A stretch of 42,304 bases of DNA from a virus (lineage: Duplodnaviria; Caudoviricetes). The position numbers were made by a program, and so were the translations under genes. The first letter of the stretch is position 1; each line of letters starts with the position of its first letter. The stretch covers positions 1 through 42,304 of the IMG/VR virus record IMGVR_UViG_3300027874_000006. One strand, 5' to 3'. Below the pieces are notes generated by a model. That model did not search any database. It saw only the letters and a list, made by a program, of their open reading frames with translations, and was not told where the DNA came from. Of the stretch, positions 6,385 to 13,999 are shown in pieces.

Positions 6385-7173
6385 TCAGGACGCCTCCCCG
6401 TCGCCGCAGAAGCAGGAGAACATGTCCTCCTGCACCACCCCCGGCGGCGGCGCGTCCCGGGTGGCCAGGGCGGCCAGCGGCAGCGGGTGCCGCTGGCCGA
6501 GTCGGCGGTCGCTGACGATCGCGAAGTCGGCGCGCGGTCCGCCCTTGGCCCGCTGGGCGAGCTCCCACGCGCGGACCTCGGCGAACCGCTCCGGGAAGGC
6601 GTCGCGCAGGCGCAGCCACTCGCGGATCCCCTGCTTGACGCAGCGCCCGCCGCAGTTGTTGTGCTTAAAGCCGAGCGCGTACAGGCGGGGTGGGGTGATC
6701 CCCCACGAGCGGACGACCTCGGCGTAGGGCCGGAACTCGTAGGGCGTCCAGAGCAGCGGGAAGTCCACGTAGCGCCCCTCGGCGACCAGCGAGGCGAAAC
6801 GGGCGCGCATCCGCTCGACGCGGTGCATCTCGCGCCAGTCCAGCCCCAGGAGCGACGTGACCGGCTTCGGCCCCTCCCGGTCCATCGTGTCGAACGGCTG
6901 GATCTTCAGGATGGACGAGCAGGGCGCGATGTTGGCGTTCGGGATGATCGACTTGTCCTCGGCGACCTGGAGCGGCGTGCGCCCGTCGCGGTAGCGGAGC
7001 AGGTCGCCGCCCCAGCGCGCCATCAGGTCGTCGAGGAAGCGGTACAGATCCTCGTCCTCCCAGGACGTGTCCGCGAAGCGCAGCGCCACCGCCTCGCGCC
7101 CGTGGCGCTGGATGGCGCGCTCGGCCGACACCGCCGAGGCGACGCCGCCGGAGAGGCTCACCACGTAGCGCAT
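6385..7173 (-). CDS. PAPS-reductase-like / adenine nucleotide alpha-hydrolase (PP-loop) protein
   Basis: YVVSLSGGVAS PP-loop variant, FADTSWEDEDLYRFL, and Cys motifs CSSILK, HNNCGGRCVK, SCFC. Confidence 0.75.
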   Translation of the reverse strand: MRYVVSLSGGVASAVSAERAIQRHGREAVALRFADTSWEDEDLYRFLDDLMARWGGDLLRYRDGRTPLQVAEDKSIIPNANIAPCSSILKIQPFDTMDREGPKPVTSLLGLDWREMHRVERMRARFASLVAEGRYVDFPLLWTPYEFRPYAEVVRSWGITPPRLYALGFKHNNCGGRCVKQGIREWLRLRDAFPERFAEVRAWELAQRAKGGPRADFAIVSDRRLGQRHPLPLAALATRDAPPPGVVQEDMFSCFCGDGEAS

Positions 7174-7406
7174 GACGCACCGTCATGACACACCGCCGAG
7201 CAGGCGAGCGGCGGTTGCGAACGGAGACTATCCGGAGGATAGCGGGCGTGGGAAGTGGTACCACCACATCCGCCGCGCCGTCCCATCTCAGCCCCCACCG
7301 TCCGCCAACCGCTTTTTGAACTTGATCACCGGGTCGGAACCCGTCCGAGACCGTCCCGGCGGGGCCGTTTCCGGCGCAGGACATGACACACCGACATGAC
7401 ACACCT
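7171..7406 (+). promoter_or_regulatory. Putative attP: two tandem pairs of 12-bp direct repeats (CATGACACACCG) flanking an AT-rich core
   Basis: Copies at 7171-7182 (1 mismatch), 7184-7195, 7382-7393 and 7395-7406 (1 mismatch). AT-rich ctttttgaacttgatca lies near 7312-7328. The site is between the int and xis-like genes. Confidence 0.55.
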
Positions 7407-7569
7407 GACCCACCTGGGCGAGGGCGGAGGCCGGCACGCGGTAGCGGGTGCCGACCCGGACGTGGCGGAGCTGGCCCGACTCGACCAGGTCGCGCACGGC
7501 GCCCCAGCGGACGCCGAGCAGGCGGGCGGCTTCCTCGAGGGTGTAGAGGCGGTAGTCATCGGTGGTCAT
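7288..7569 (-). CDS. xis: Excisionase-like DNA-binding protein (HTH_17/MerR-like)
   Basis: LYTLEEAARLLGV...VRDLVESGQLRHVRVGTRYRVP, with RBS GGAGGA. Confidence 0.8.
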   Translation of the reverse strand: MTTDDYRLYTLEEAARLLGVRWGAVRDLVESGQLRHVRVGTRYRVPASALAQVGQVCHVGVSCPAPETAPPGRSRTGSDPVIKFKKRLADGGG

Positions 7570-7855
7570 CGGTCCTCCTGGGGGCGTGACGATCGGTGTA
7601 ACGGCGGCGGGACGCGCGCCAGCGGCAGCGGGGCGAGCAGTACAGGCGCGGGGCGCGGCGGCCGGGGGCGAAGCGGTTGCCGCAGGCGCAGCGCTCGGTG
7701 AGGCCGTCGGTGGGGGTCGGGACGGGGTCGTAGGCGGGGACGCCGGCGCGGACGTCGGCCCACAGGCGACCGAGGACGTGGGCCGGGCTGGTGCGCTGGA
7801 GCAGTTCGACGCACCAGGCGTCGCGCAAGCGGGCCTCCTCGAGCCGGGTGATCAC
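7556..7855 (-). CDS. Hypothetical Zn-finger protein (99 aa)
   Basis: 3' part of ORF 7556..8074, with a GTGA-coupled start and CACG...YCSPRC. Confidence 0.6.
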   Translation of the reverse strand: MITRLEEARLRDAWCVELLQRTSPAHVLGRLWADVRAGVPAYDPVPTPTDGLTERCACGNRFAPGRRAPRLYCSPRCRWRASRRRYTDRHAPRRTDDHR

Positions 7856-8301
7856 CGGGCGCACCAGGGCCAGGCACCCCAGCCTTGCCGCTCCCAGACG
7901 CCGCGGGCGGTGACGAGGTTGACGTAGGGGTCGTCGAGGTCCGATGACCCGGTCAGCTCGAGCGCGAGCCACGTCCAGCCGACGGAGACCTGCATCAGGC
8001 CGCGGTAGGAGTACGCACCGTAGACCGGATCCCAGCCGGCGTTGCGGGCACCGGGACGGCCACCCGATTCGCACTGCACGACCGCCGCGACGCGCGGGGC
8101 GAGCTCCGGCCCCCAGACCAGCGCGGCCAGGTCCGCCACCTCGGCCCGATCGAGCACGGCCGGCCGGTTACCACGGGACGTCGCCTCGTACCGTGGCACC
8201 TCGACCTCCTGCGCGCGGCAGACGGCCACGCCGGCCAGGAACGGGATGAGCGCGAGCAGCAGGGCGCGGGCGAGCGCCGGAGCGCTCCATGGGTGGGTCA
8301 T
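7852..8301 (-). CDS. Secreted lytic transglycosylase (SLT/Rpf-like)
   Basis: Hydrophobic signal-like N-terminus, QCESGG (catalytic Glu), GLMQ, DPYVN and QGWGAWPWC. RBS GGAGGA. Confidence 0.8.
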   Translation of the reverse strand: MTHPWSAPALARALLLALIPFLAGVAVCRAQEVEVPRYEATSRGNRPAVLDRAEVADLAALVWGPELAPRVAAVVQCESGGRPGARNAGWDPVYGAYSYRGLMQVSVGWTWLALELTGSSDLDDPYVNLVTARGVWERQGWGAWPWCAR

Positions 8302-8492
8302 CGGTCCTCCTCGCGCACGGTCTCGGTCCGCCACCCACGACCGCGGCAGGACGCGACCGCCTCGCCGGCGGTCGTGCCCATCAGGAGGCGGCGTCCGATC
8401 GGCGCGCAGGCGACGACGCGCCGCGTCCGGTCGTCGACGACGAAGCCGAACACGGCGTGCGGCGCCGTGACCCGGACCAGCGTGGTACTCAC
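8298..8492 (-). CDS. Hypothetical protein (64 aa)
   Basis: Coupled start/stop overlaps on both sides, RBS GGAGG. Confidence 0.6.
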   Translation of the reverse strand: MSTTLVRVTAPHAVFGFVVDDRTRRVVACAPIGRRLLMGTTAGEAVASCRGRGWRTETVREEDR

Positions 8493-8689
8493 GGGCTCAC
8501 CTCCCATCGTGTGCGGCGGGCGCGGTAGCGGCAGGCGGGCGAGCAGTAGCGCTGGCGGGGGTCGCGGGTCGCGAACGTGGCGGTGCAGGACCGCTCGGCG
8601 CAGGGGACGGCGCGCAGCGGGAGCCGCTCGTAGGGGGAGTCGACGTGGATCAGCCAGCGCTCCCGGTCGGGGGCGCGGGTCCGGGTCAT
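8489..8689 (-). CDS. Small Zn-finger protein (66 aa)
   Basis: CAERSC...YCSPAC, with an ATGA overlap with the upstream gene. Confidence 0.6.
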   Translation of the reverse strand: MTRTRAPDRERWLIHVDSPYERLPLRAVPCAERSCTATFATRDPRQRYCSPACRYRARRTRWEVSP

Positions 8690-9000
8690 GCCAGCACCGC
8701 CTGCACGGCCGGCCAGTCGACCGGCTTCCAACAAAACACCGCGACGCCCGGCACGCGCTCGAGCTCGGTCATCCAGGCGATTTGGTGCTCGGTGAGTTTG
8801 CCGTCGTGGCGCTTGAGCTCGGCGAACACGAGCCGCTCGCCCCGCACGAGCGTCAGGTCGGGGAAGCCGGCGGGACTGTGATCCGAGCGCCAGGCGAAGT
8901 AGACGCGCCAGCCGTGGAGGTGCGCGTAGTCGACGACGAGCGCCCGCCAGTCGCGCTCGGTGACCCAGACGGCCGGCGCCGGTGCGGTGGTGGTCGTCAT
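8686..9000 (-). CDS. VRR-NUC / PD-(D/E)xK nuclease (resolvase-like)
   Basis: GFPDLTLVRGERLVFAELK...GKLTEHQIAW, with an ATGA-coupled start. Confidence 0.85.
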   Translation of the reverse strand: MTTTTAPAPAVWVTERDWRALVVDYAHLHGWRVYFAWRSDHSPAGFPDLTLVRGERLVFAELKRHDGKLTEHQIAWMTELERVPGVAVFCWKPVDWPAVQAVLA

Positions 9001-9296
9001 GCCGTCTCCTCCAGCCCCGGCAGCATCGGGTGGCCGGCGGCGCGCTTGAGTTGGTCGAGGGGCGGCGGCACGAGCTCGGGGACGACGCGCTGCTCGAAGC
9101 GCAGCAGGTCGTCGAGCGCGTCGGGGACGACGACGAGCGCGAAGCGGCCCGAGAACGTCCAGGCCCGGCCCGCGTGGCCGCAGGCCGGGCACTGCCGGCG
9201 CCGGCCGTCGTGGCGGGGCGGTGTGTCGGCCGGCGGGAGCAGGGGGAAGGCCCCCGACGGGCCGCGGTGGCCGCACGATGGGCAGGTGCGGGTCAT
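8997..9296 (-). CDS. Zn-ribbon hypothetical protein (99 aa)
   Basis: CPSCGH and CPACGH motifs, coupled overlaps, RBS GGAGGA. Confidence 0.65.
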   Translation of the reverse strand: MTRTCPSCGHRGPSGAFPLLPPADTPPRHDGRRRQCPACGHAGRAWTFSGRFALVVVPDALDDLLRFEQRVVPELVPPPLDQLKRAAGHPMLPGLEETA

Positions 9297-10516
9297 AGAT
9301 CCTCCACCGTGGTGTGCTGCTCGAGGCCGAGCCGGCGCAGCTCCTGTTGGACGAGGGCGCCGAACCGGATGCGGCGCCGCGTCAGCGGGCTCCTACTCCC
9401 GGCGACGACCACCGCGACCTCGTCCACGCCGGCCTCGGCCTGCTCGACGAGGTCGATCGCGCGGGAGATCAGATCCGGCCGCTCGTCCGTCGATCGGTTC
9501 GCCGGGATCACCACCCAGACCCGCTTCGGGCCCGCGCTCCCGGACAGGACGATCCGCGCGGGCGGAGGGATGGACGGCGCCGGCACCGCCGTGGCGACCC
9601 CGGAAACGCTCGGAAGCATGCGCCGCACCTCGAACGCGCAGCGAGCGGCGTCCTCGAAGACCTCCTTGGCCGTGAAGCGCACGACCCGCCAGCCCGCGGC
9701 GGTGAGCCGGCGGTCGCGCTCGCGGTCGCGCCGGAAGGCCGCCTGGTCGCCGTGGTAGGCGAGGCCGTCGATCTCGATCGCCGTCTGCGACCCGAGGTGG
9801 GCGAAGTCGAGCCGGTAGGCGCCGCCCAGCACGACGTGCTGGACGGCGAGCTCGGGACCACCGCCGCGTTGCCAGGCCACCCAGAACGCGGCCTCGGCCG
9901 GCGACTCGAACGCCGGCGGGTGCGCGATCGCGAGCTCGCGGACCGCGGACACCGGGTCGTCGAAGCGGACGTGCTCGAGGCCCGGCAGCGCCGACGCGAA
10001 CCAGAGGTCGTCCACCGTGCATTCGCCCCCATGCCCACCCGTCGGGTCGTACAACCGATCGACGGCGTGCGGGCGGGCGACCACCACCCGACGGTCGGAC
10101 ACCCGTCCGGTCATGCAACCGAGGACGAACCCCAGCTCCACCAGCGTCCCATGCGCGGTCGGGTCGTCGAGCCAGACCAGGACGACGTCGGCCTGCCGAG
10201 CGGCCTCCAGGCACGCCCGCGCGATGCGTCCCTGCCGGTGGCGCTGCGTGGTGCTGGCGCCGTCGCACCAGAACGAGCTGTCGGCGCCGCCCCCGTGACT
10301 GCGCGGCCCGTGGTAGCACCGGCCGTGCCCGCAATCGACGAAGTACGGCCCGACGTAGTCGAACCGTCCGCCGACCGCGCCCGGTAAGCGCCGCCAGGCG
10401 TAGTGGTCGTCCTGCTCGTGCAGTCGCACGCACTCCTCCCGCAGGCCGTCGACGACGCGGTGCCGCCAGTCGCCCGCCGCGATCTTGCCGGCCAGGTAGA
10501 TCGCCGGCAGGCTCAC
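9293..10516 (-). CDS. Nucleoside 2-deoxyribosyltransferase-like domain fused to a DUF559/Vsr-like endonuclease
   Basis: IYLAGKI...ADVVLVWLDD..AHGTLVELGF (NDT-like), then ESPAE...YRLDFA...IEIDGLAYH...DRERDRRL..AGWRVVRF (DUF559). Start moved to GTG 10516. Confidence 0.75.
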   Translation of the reverse strand: MSLPAIYLAGKIAAGDWRHRVVDGLREECVRLHEQDDHYAWRRLPGAVGGRFDYVGPYFVDCGHGRCYHGPRSHGGGADSSFWCDGASTTQRHRQGRIARACLEAARQADVVLVWLDDPTAHGTLVELGFVLGCMTGRVSDRRVVVARPHAVDRLYDPTGGHGGECTVDDLWFASALPGLEHVRFDDPVSAVRELAIAHPPAFESPAEAAFWVAWQRGGGPELAVQHVVLGGAYRLDFAHLGSQTAIEIDGLAYHGDQAAFRRDRERDRRLTAAGWRVVRFTAKEVFEDAARCAFEVRRMLPSVSGVATAVPAPSIPPPARIVLSGSAGPKRVWVVIPANRSTDERPDLISRAIDLVEQAEAGVDEVAVVVAGSRSPLTRRRIRFGALVQQELRRLGLEQHTTVEDL

Positions 10517-10668
10517 GCCGGCACCGCCGGGAAAATGCCCAACCGGGCATTTACGTAAATGCCCACCACGGGCATTTTTCCGGTCCAGGTCGGCGCAGCC
10601 AGGGCCGACCGGGAAAATGCCCAACTCTTTTTTTCTATAGGGGTGGGCATTTTGTGTGCGGGGCTCAC
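10513..10668 (-). CDS. Short ORF (51 aa) running through the putative origin
   Basis: The GTG start overlaps the helicase stop and has RBS GAGGAGG. Its own stop overlaps the next GTG start. Confidence 0.4.
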   Translation of the reverse strand: MSPAHKMPTPIEKKSWAFSRSALAAPTWTGKMPVVGIYVNARLGIFPAVPA

Positions 10669-10723
10669 GCGCCCTCCTCGGGGGGGTGGAATCCGTTGGT
10701 CGCCGGGCGGTCGAAAATGCCCA
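10527..10723. promoter_or_regulatory. Putative replication origin: seven AAATGCCC iterons in both orientations plus an AT-rich tract
   Basis: Copies near 10532, 10545 (rc), 10557, 10570 (rc), 10614, 10644 (rc) and 10714. Perfect 20-bp palindrome GGGCATTTACGTAAATGCCC at 10545-10564. T-tract at 10626-10639. Located at the 3' end of the helicase gene. Confidence 0.75.
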
Positions 10724-11999
10724 CCAGCCCGTAGGCGGCGGCCTTGCCGCGCCCGCGGCCGCCGCTGAGGCGCTCGACCAGGCCGCGGTCCAGCAGCGCG
10801 TCCAGCCGGCGCATCACGGTCGTCCGGGCGGCGCCGGTCGCCTCGACCAGCTCGGCCTCCGTGCGCTGGCCGGCGCGCAATTCCGCGACGATGCGGTCGC
10901 CCAGGCGCAGGTTGGTCGAGACGGTCGCGGCCGCGAGCGGGTCGAACTGCTCGACCGAGATCGCGTAGTCCTCCGACTCGGCATCGTGGTGGCGCAGGCG
11001 CACGCCGAGGCTCCGCTGGATCGGGGCGCCGTTCATCTTGGTGTTGGTCAGCACGAGGTCGATCCGGTCGTCGCCGTCGGACGCCTCGTCGCGCCCGAGC
11101 GCCCAGGCCGCCCGCGCCCGGTTGGTGATCGTCACGTCCCCGTACATCTGCGGCGGCCCGTGCTGCTGGGCGGCCTCGAACTTGGTCAGGTGGTGGACGA
11201 TCAGGGGCGTGACCGGGAGCGACCGGAGCGCGTTGTAGAACGGCGTCGTCACCTCGGGCGCGATCGGCCCGCCGAAGGCGCCCATCAGCGAGTCCACGAC
11301 CACGGCGCCGGCGCCCAGGCGCTCCACCTGGGCGCGCACGCCGTCGAGCTCGTCGACCAGCGAGCCCGCCTGGGCGCGGTAGACCAGGCCGGCGGGGATC
11401 TCCTCGTCGAGCCAGCGGCAGACCGCCGCCACCCGCCGCGCCCACTCCGACTCGGTCGTCTCCCAGTCGAGCAGCACGACCGGCAGCGGGCCGCAGACGG
11501 GGCGGAACGGCGGCACCGCCCGCCCGGTCGCCAGCACCACCGCCAGGACGGCGACCAGCGTCGACTTGCCCGTCCCGCCGGCGGCGAAGAAGACGGTCGG
11601 GTCGCCGTGCGGCACGACGCGGTCGATCAGCCACCGCTGCGGGCGGGCCGGCACGTCCCGCAGCCGCACGAACGGCGCCCCGAGGCGCCCGACCGCGCGC
11701 ACGTCCATCCGCACCACCTCGAGCATCCGCTCCCACGGCACGCCGGTCTGCCCGTGGTCCGCGCAGAAGCCGGCCAAGAACTTCACCGCGCGGGCCTTGT
11801 CGTCGGCCCGCGCCAGGTTGAGCCGCTCCCAGAAGACGTGCCCGTTCCTGCCCTCCCCGACCGACTCGACCGTCAGCTCGGCGTACAGCCCCAGGCTCGT
11901 GCGGCGCACCTCCGACGCGGTCACGGCGAAGCCGTAGCCGGGCCAGAGGTAGGCGCGTCCGCGCGGGCCGTCGGTGACGGCGAAGTCGTTCGCACTCAC
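10665..11999 (-). CDS. AAA_25 / RepA-like replicative helicase with C-terminal winged helix
   Basis: RWLIDRVVP, Walker A AAGGTGKS, LLDWE, Walker B VVVDSL, IVHHLTK, and C-terminal HTH (EAELVEATGAARTTVMRRLDALLDRGLV). GTGA-coupled start. Confidence 0.85.
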   Translation of the reverse strand: MSANDFAVTDGPRGRAYLWPGYGFAVTASEVRRTSLGLYAELTVESVGEGRNGHVFWERLNLARADDKARAVKFLAGFCADHGQTGVPWERMLEVVRMDVRAVGRLGAPFVRLRDVPARPQRWLIDRVVPHGDPTVFFAAGGTGKSTLVAVLAVVLATGRAVPPFRPVCGPLPVVLLDWETTESEWARRVAAVCRWLDEEIPAGLVYRAQAGSLVDELDGVRAQVERLGAGAVVVDSLMGAFGGPIAPEVTTPFYNALRSLPVTPLIVHHLTKFEAAQQHGPPQMYGDVTITNRARAAWALGRDEASDGDDRIDLVLTNTKMNGAPIQRSLGVRLRHHDAESEDYAISVEQFDPLAAATVSTNLRLGDRIVAELRAGQRTEAELVEATGAARTTVMRRLDALLDRGLVERLSGGRGRGKAAAYGLVGIFDRPATNGFHPPEEGA

Positions 12000-12367
12000 T
12001 CCACCACGAGGCCCCCCGGTGGTGCGCCGGCGTAGAAGCCACGGCCGCGCCGGCCGCCGCTCGCCGCCACGACCGCCCGCGCGTAGTCGGCCGCGTAGAG
12101 CGAGCATGGGCACCAGTTGATCGCCGCGGTCAGGTTGGCCTCGCCGACGGCGGCGAGCTCACCCCGCCGCTCCAACTCCTCGACCAACGTCACGTAGTCG
12201 ACGGCGATCCCCGCGTCGTCGAGCGCCAGCGCGGCCAGGTAGACGCGCCGCGCCCGGTCGGAGCCGAAGTCGTCGGACGCCAGGACCGTCCGGACGACGC
12301 GCACCGCTGCGGGGTCGATCAGGAGCGCCCCGATCACGGCCGCCTCGGCCCGCCGGCCGGCCATCAT
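11996..12367 (-). CDS. Stand-alone DnaB-like helicase N-terminal domain protein
   Basis: AEAAVIGALLIDP...L..DDF...RRVY...L......VDYVTLVEELERRGEL..VG...YARAV matches the DnaB N-domain pattern. 3' part of ORF 11996..13243. Confidence 0.8.
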   Translation of the reverse strand: MMAGRRAEAAVIGALLIDPAAVRVVRTVLASDDFGSDRARRVYLAALALDDAGIAVDYVTLVEELERRGELAAVGEANLTAAINWCPCSLYAADYARAVVAASGGRRGRGFYAGAPPGGLVVE

Positions 12368-13302
12368 GCCGGCACCGCCGCCTCGGCCGCCCGCAGCAGC
12401 GCCACGCAGTCGTGCCACCAGGACCGCCAGGCCGGGACGCTCGACCGCTCGGCGGGGTCTGGCGGCACCATCAACTCCCGTGCCCGCAAGAGCCGCTTCA
12501 TCTTGTTGCAGGCCTCCCACAACTCCTTGCCCACCAGGCCGTCCACGTCGTCCGCCGGCACCGTCCACGGCTGCGCCCGCAGCCGCGCCGCCTCCAGCCG
12601 CTCCCCCTGCCACCGGCCCTCCGCGTCCGCCTCGGCCACGGTCGCCTCCCAGGACGCCACCGCCGCCTGCGCCCGCGGCGTCAGCTCGCCGGCGGGTGCT
12701 GGCGGTGAGGTGGCGGCCGGTGGCGGTGCGGCGTCGGGCAGCGCGGCCACCTCGACCTCGCCGCCGTCGGTCACGCGGACCGTCGCCCCCAATTCCTCGG
12801 GCGTGTACATCCCGCCCAGCGAGTCGGGGAAGGCCAGGCGCGCGACCGCCGACGTTGCTCTGGCCCGCAGCATCGCCTGCGGGTACTTCTTCCAGGTGTC
12901 GCTGGAGAGGCTGGCGTTCTTCGCGTCCTCGATCGAGAACTGGAACGACCGCCGCCCGTCCCAGTGCCGCCGCTTGTAGCTCACCCGGCAGACCAGGGGC
13001 GTCGACTCCTCGACGATCACCGCCTCGTCGCCGTGGTCGCGGTAGATGAGCGCCAGCATCAACTCCGCCGAGCAGGCCGGCTTGTTGTTGACCACGACGA
13101 TGTTCGACAGCGCGTGCAGCGGCGGCACCCGCAACTCGCGCCCCTTCAGCATGATCAGAACCGCCTGCTCGGGCGTGCGGATGGTCGACGGCAACAGCCC
13201 CGTCGGCACCATCACCTTCGCCATCTCGACGACGGTCCGCCACTCCTCCGGCGACGGCAGGGCCGCCGCCGGCGCGATCGCCAATGCGTGGGTCTCGGTC
13301 AC
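12364..13302 (-). CDS. RecT/Redbeta-like single-strand annealing protein
   Basis: GRELRVPPLHALSNIVVVNNKP...WKKYPQAMLRARA...ARLAFPDSLGGMYTPEEL. RBS AGGAGG before GTG 13302. Confidence 0.8.
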   Translation of the reverse strand: MTETHALAIAPAAALPSPEEWRTVVEMAKVMVPTGLLPSTIRTPEQAVLIMLKGRELRVPPLHALSNIVVVNNKPACSAELMLALIYRDHGDEAVIVEESTPLVCRVSYKRRHWDGRRSFQFSIEDAKNASLSSDTWKKYPQAMLRARATSAVARLAFPDSLGGMYTPEELGATVRVTDGGEVEVAALPDAAPPPAATSPPAPAGELTPRAQAAVASWEATVAEADAEGRWQGERLEAARLRAQPWTVPADDVDGLVGKELWEACNKMKRLLRARELMVPPDPAERSSVPAWRSWWHDCVALLRAAEAAVPA

Positions 13303-13315
13303 GCCCACCTCCTGT

Positions 13316-13576
13316 TCAGCCACAGTCGAACAACTCGCCGATCTCCTCGAGCGCCAGCCGGTGGCGCTCCACCTCGGACACCGCCTCCAACGCGACCGCC
13401 GCCGCCACCTCGCCCTGGTGGTGGCAGCGGCCGCGGTAGGAGAAGCCGGCGCAGCGGCACACCACCGCGCCGGTCATGGCGTACTCCGCCCGGTAGCTCG
13501 CGCCCGGCCGCGACCGGCTGTGGACCGCGAACTGCCCGCTGGCGCCGCGTTCACCCGTCAGGCGCGTCGCGCTCAC
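13316..13576 (-). CDS. SWIM-type Zn-finger protein
   Basis: VHSRSRPGASY...CRCAGFSYRGRCHH (CxC...CxH), with a GTGA-coupled start. Confidence 0.7.
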   Translation of the reverse strand: MSATRLTGERGASGQFAVHSRSRPGASYRAEYAMTGAVVCRCAGFSYRGRCHHQGEVAAAVALEAVSEVERHRLALEEIGELFDCG

Positions 13577-13749
13577 GTCGCGTCCCCGATCGGGTCGTAG
13601 CGGCGCACCAGCCCGACCAGCGTCGGCCGCCGCGCCGGCACCAGCAACGGTCCGCCGCAGCGCGGGCAGCACCACGGCGGCGGGGTGCCGTCGGGGCGCG
13701 TTCGCATCCAGCGGCAGGTCGGGTCCAGGCAGACGTCGGCGCGGGTCAT
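13573..13749 (-). CDS. Small Zn-ribbon protein
   Basis: CLDPTC...CPRCGG, and it fills the gap between coupled genes. Confidence 0.5.
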   Translation of the reverse strand: MTRADVCLDPTCRWMRTRPDGTPPPWCCPRCGGPLLVPARRPTLVGLVRRYDPIGDAT

Positions 13750-13750
13750 C

Positions 13751-13999
13751 TCAAAACTCACTGAGGTGCCCGCAGGGGTTGCACCGGACGAAGGCGCGGT
13801 AGGAGTGCTCGTCGGGGTTGTGGACGGGCCACCAGAAGCAGTCCCGCGCGCCGCAGGACGCGCAGGTCGCGGCCTCGGCGATCTCGGCGTCGATCCACTC
13901 GTTGTCGCGGTTGCCCCACGGCGGCGGTCCGGCGACGTAGCCGTTGGGCCCCAAGTCCTCGAGGAACCACTCGTGCAGGGGCCGGCACGGCTCGCTCAT
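13751..13999 (-). CDS. Zn-ribbon hypothetical protein (82 aa)
   Basis: CASCG...CNPCGH, with an ATGA-coupled start. Confidence 0.65.
   Translation of the reverse strand: MSEPCRPLHEWFLEDLGPNGYVAGPPPWGNRDNEWIDAEIAEAATCASCGARDCFWWPVHNPDEHSYRAFVRCNPCGHLSEF

Noticed and set aside
7325-7360. tRNA/tmRNA-like fragment (gggttccgaccc, T-arm-like) as attP core
   Set aside because: It lacks a proper GTTCRA loop, acceptor stem and CCA, so the resemblance is too weak. No tRNA gene was seen anywhere in the window.
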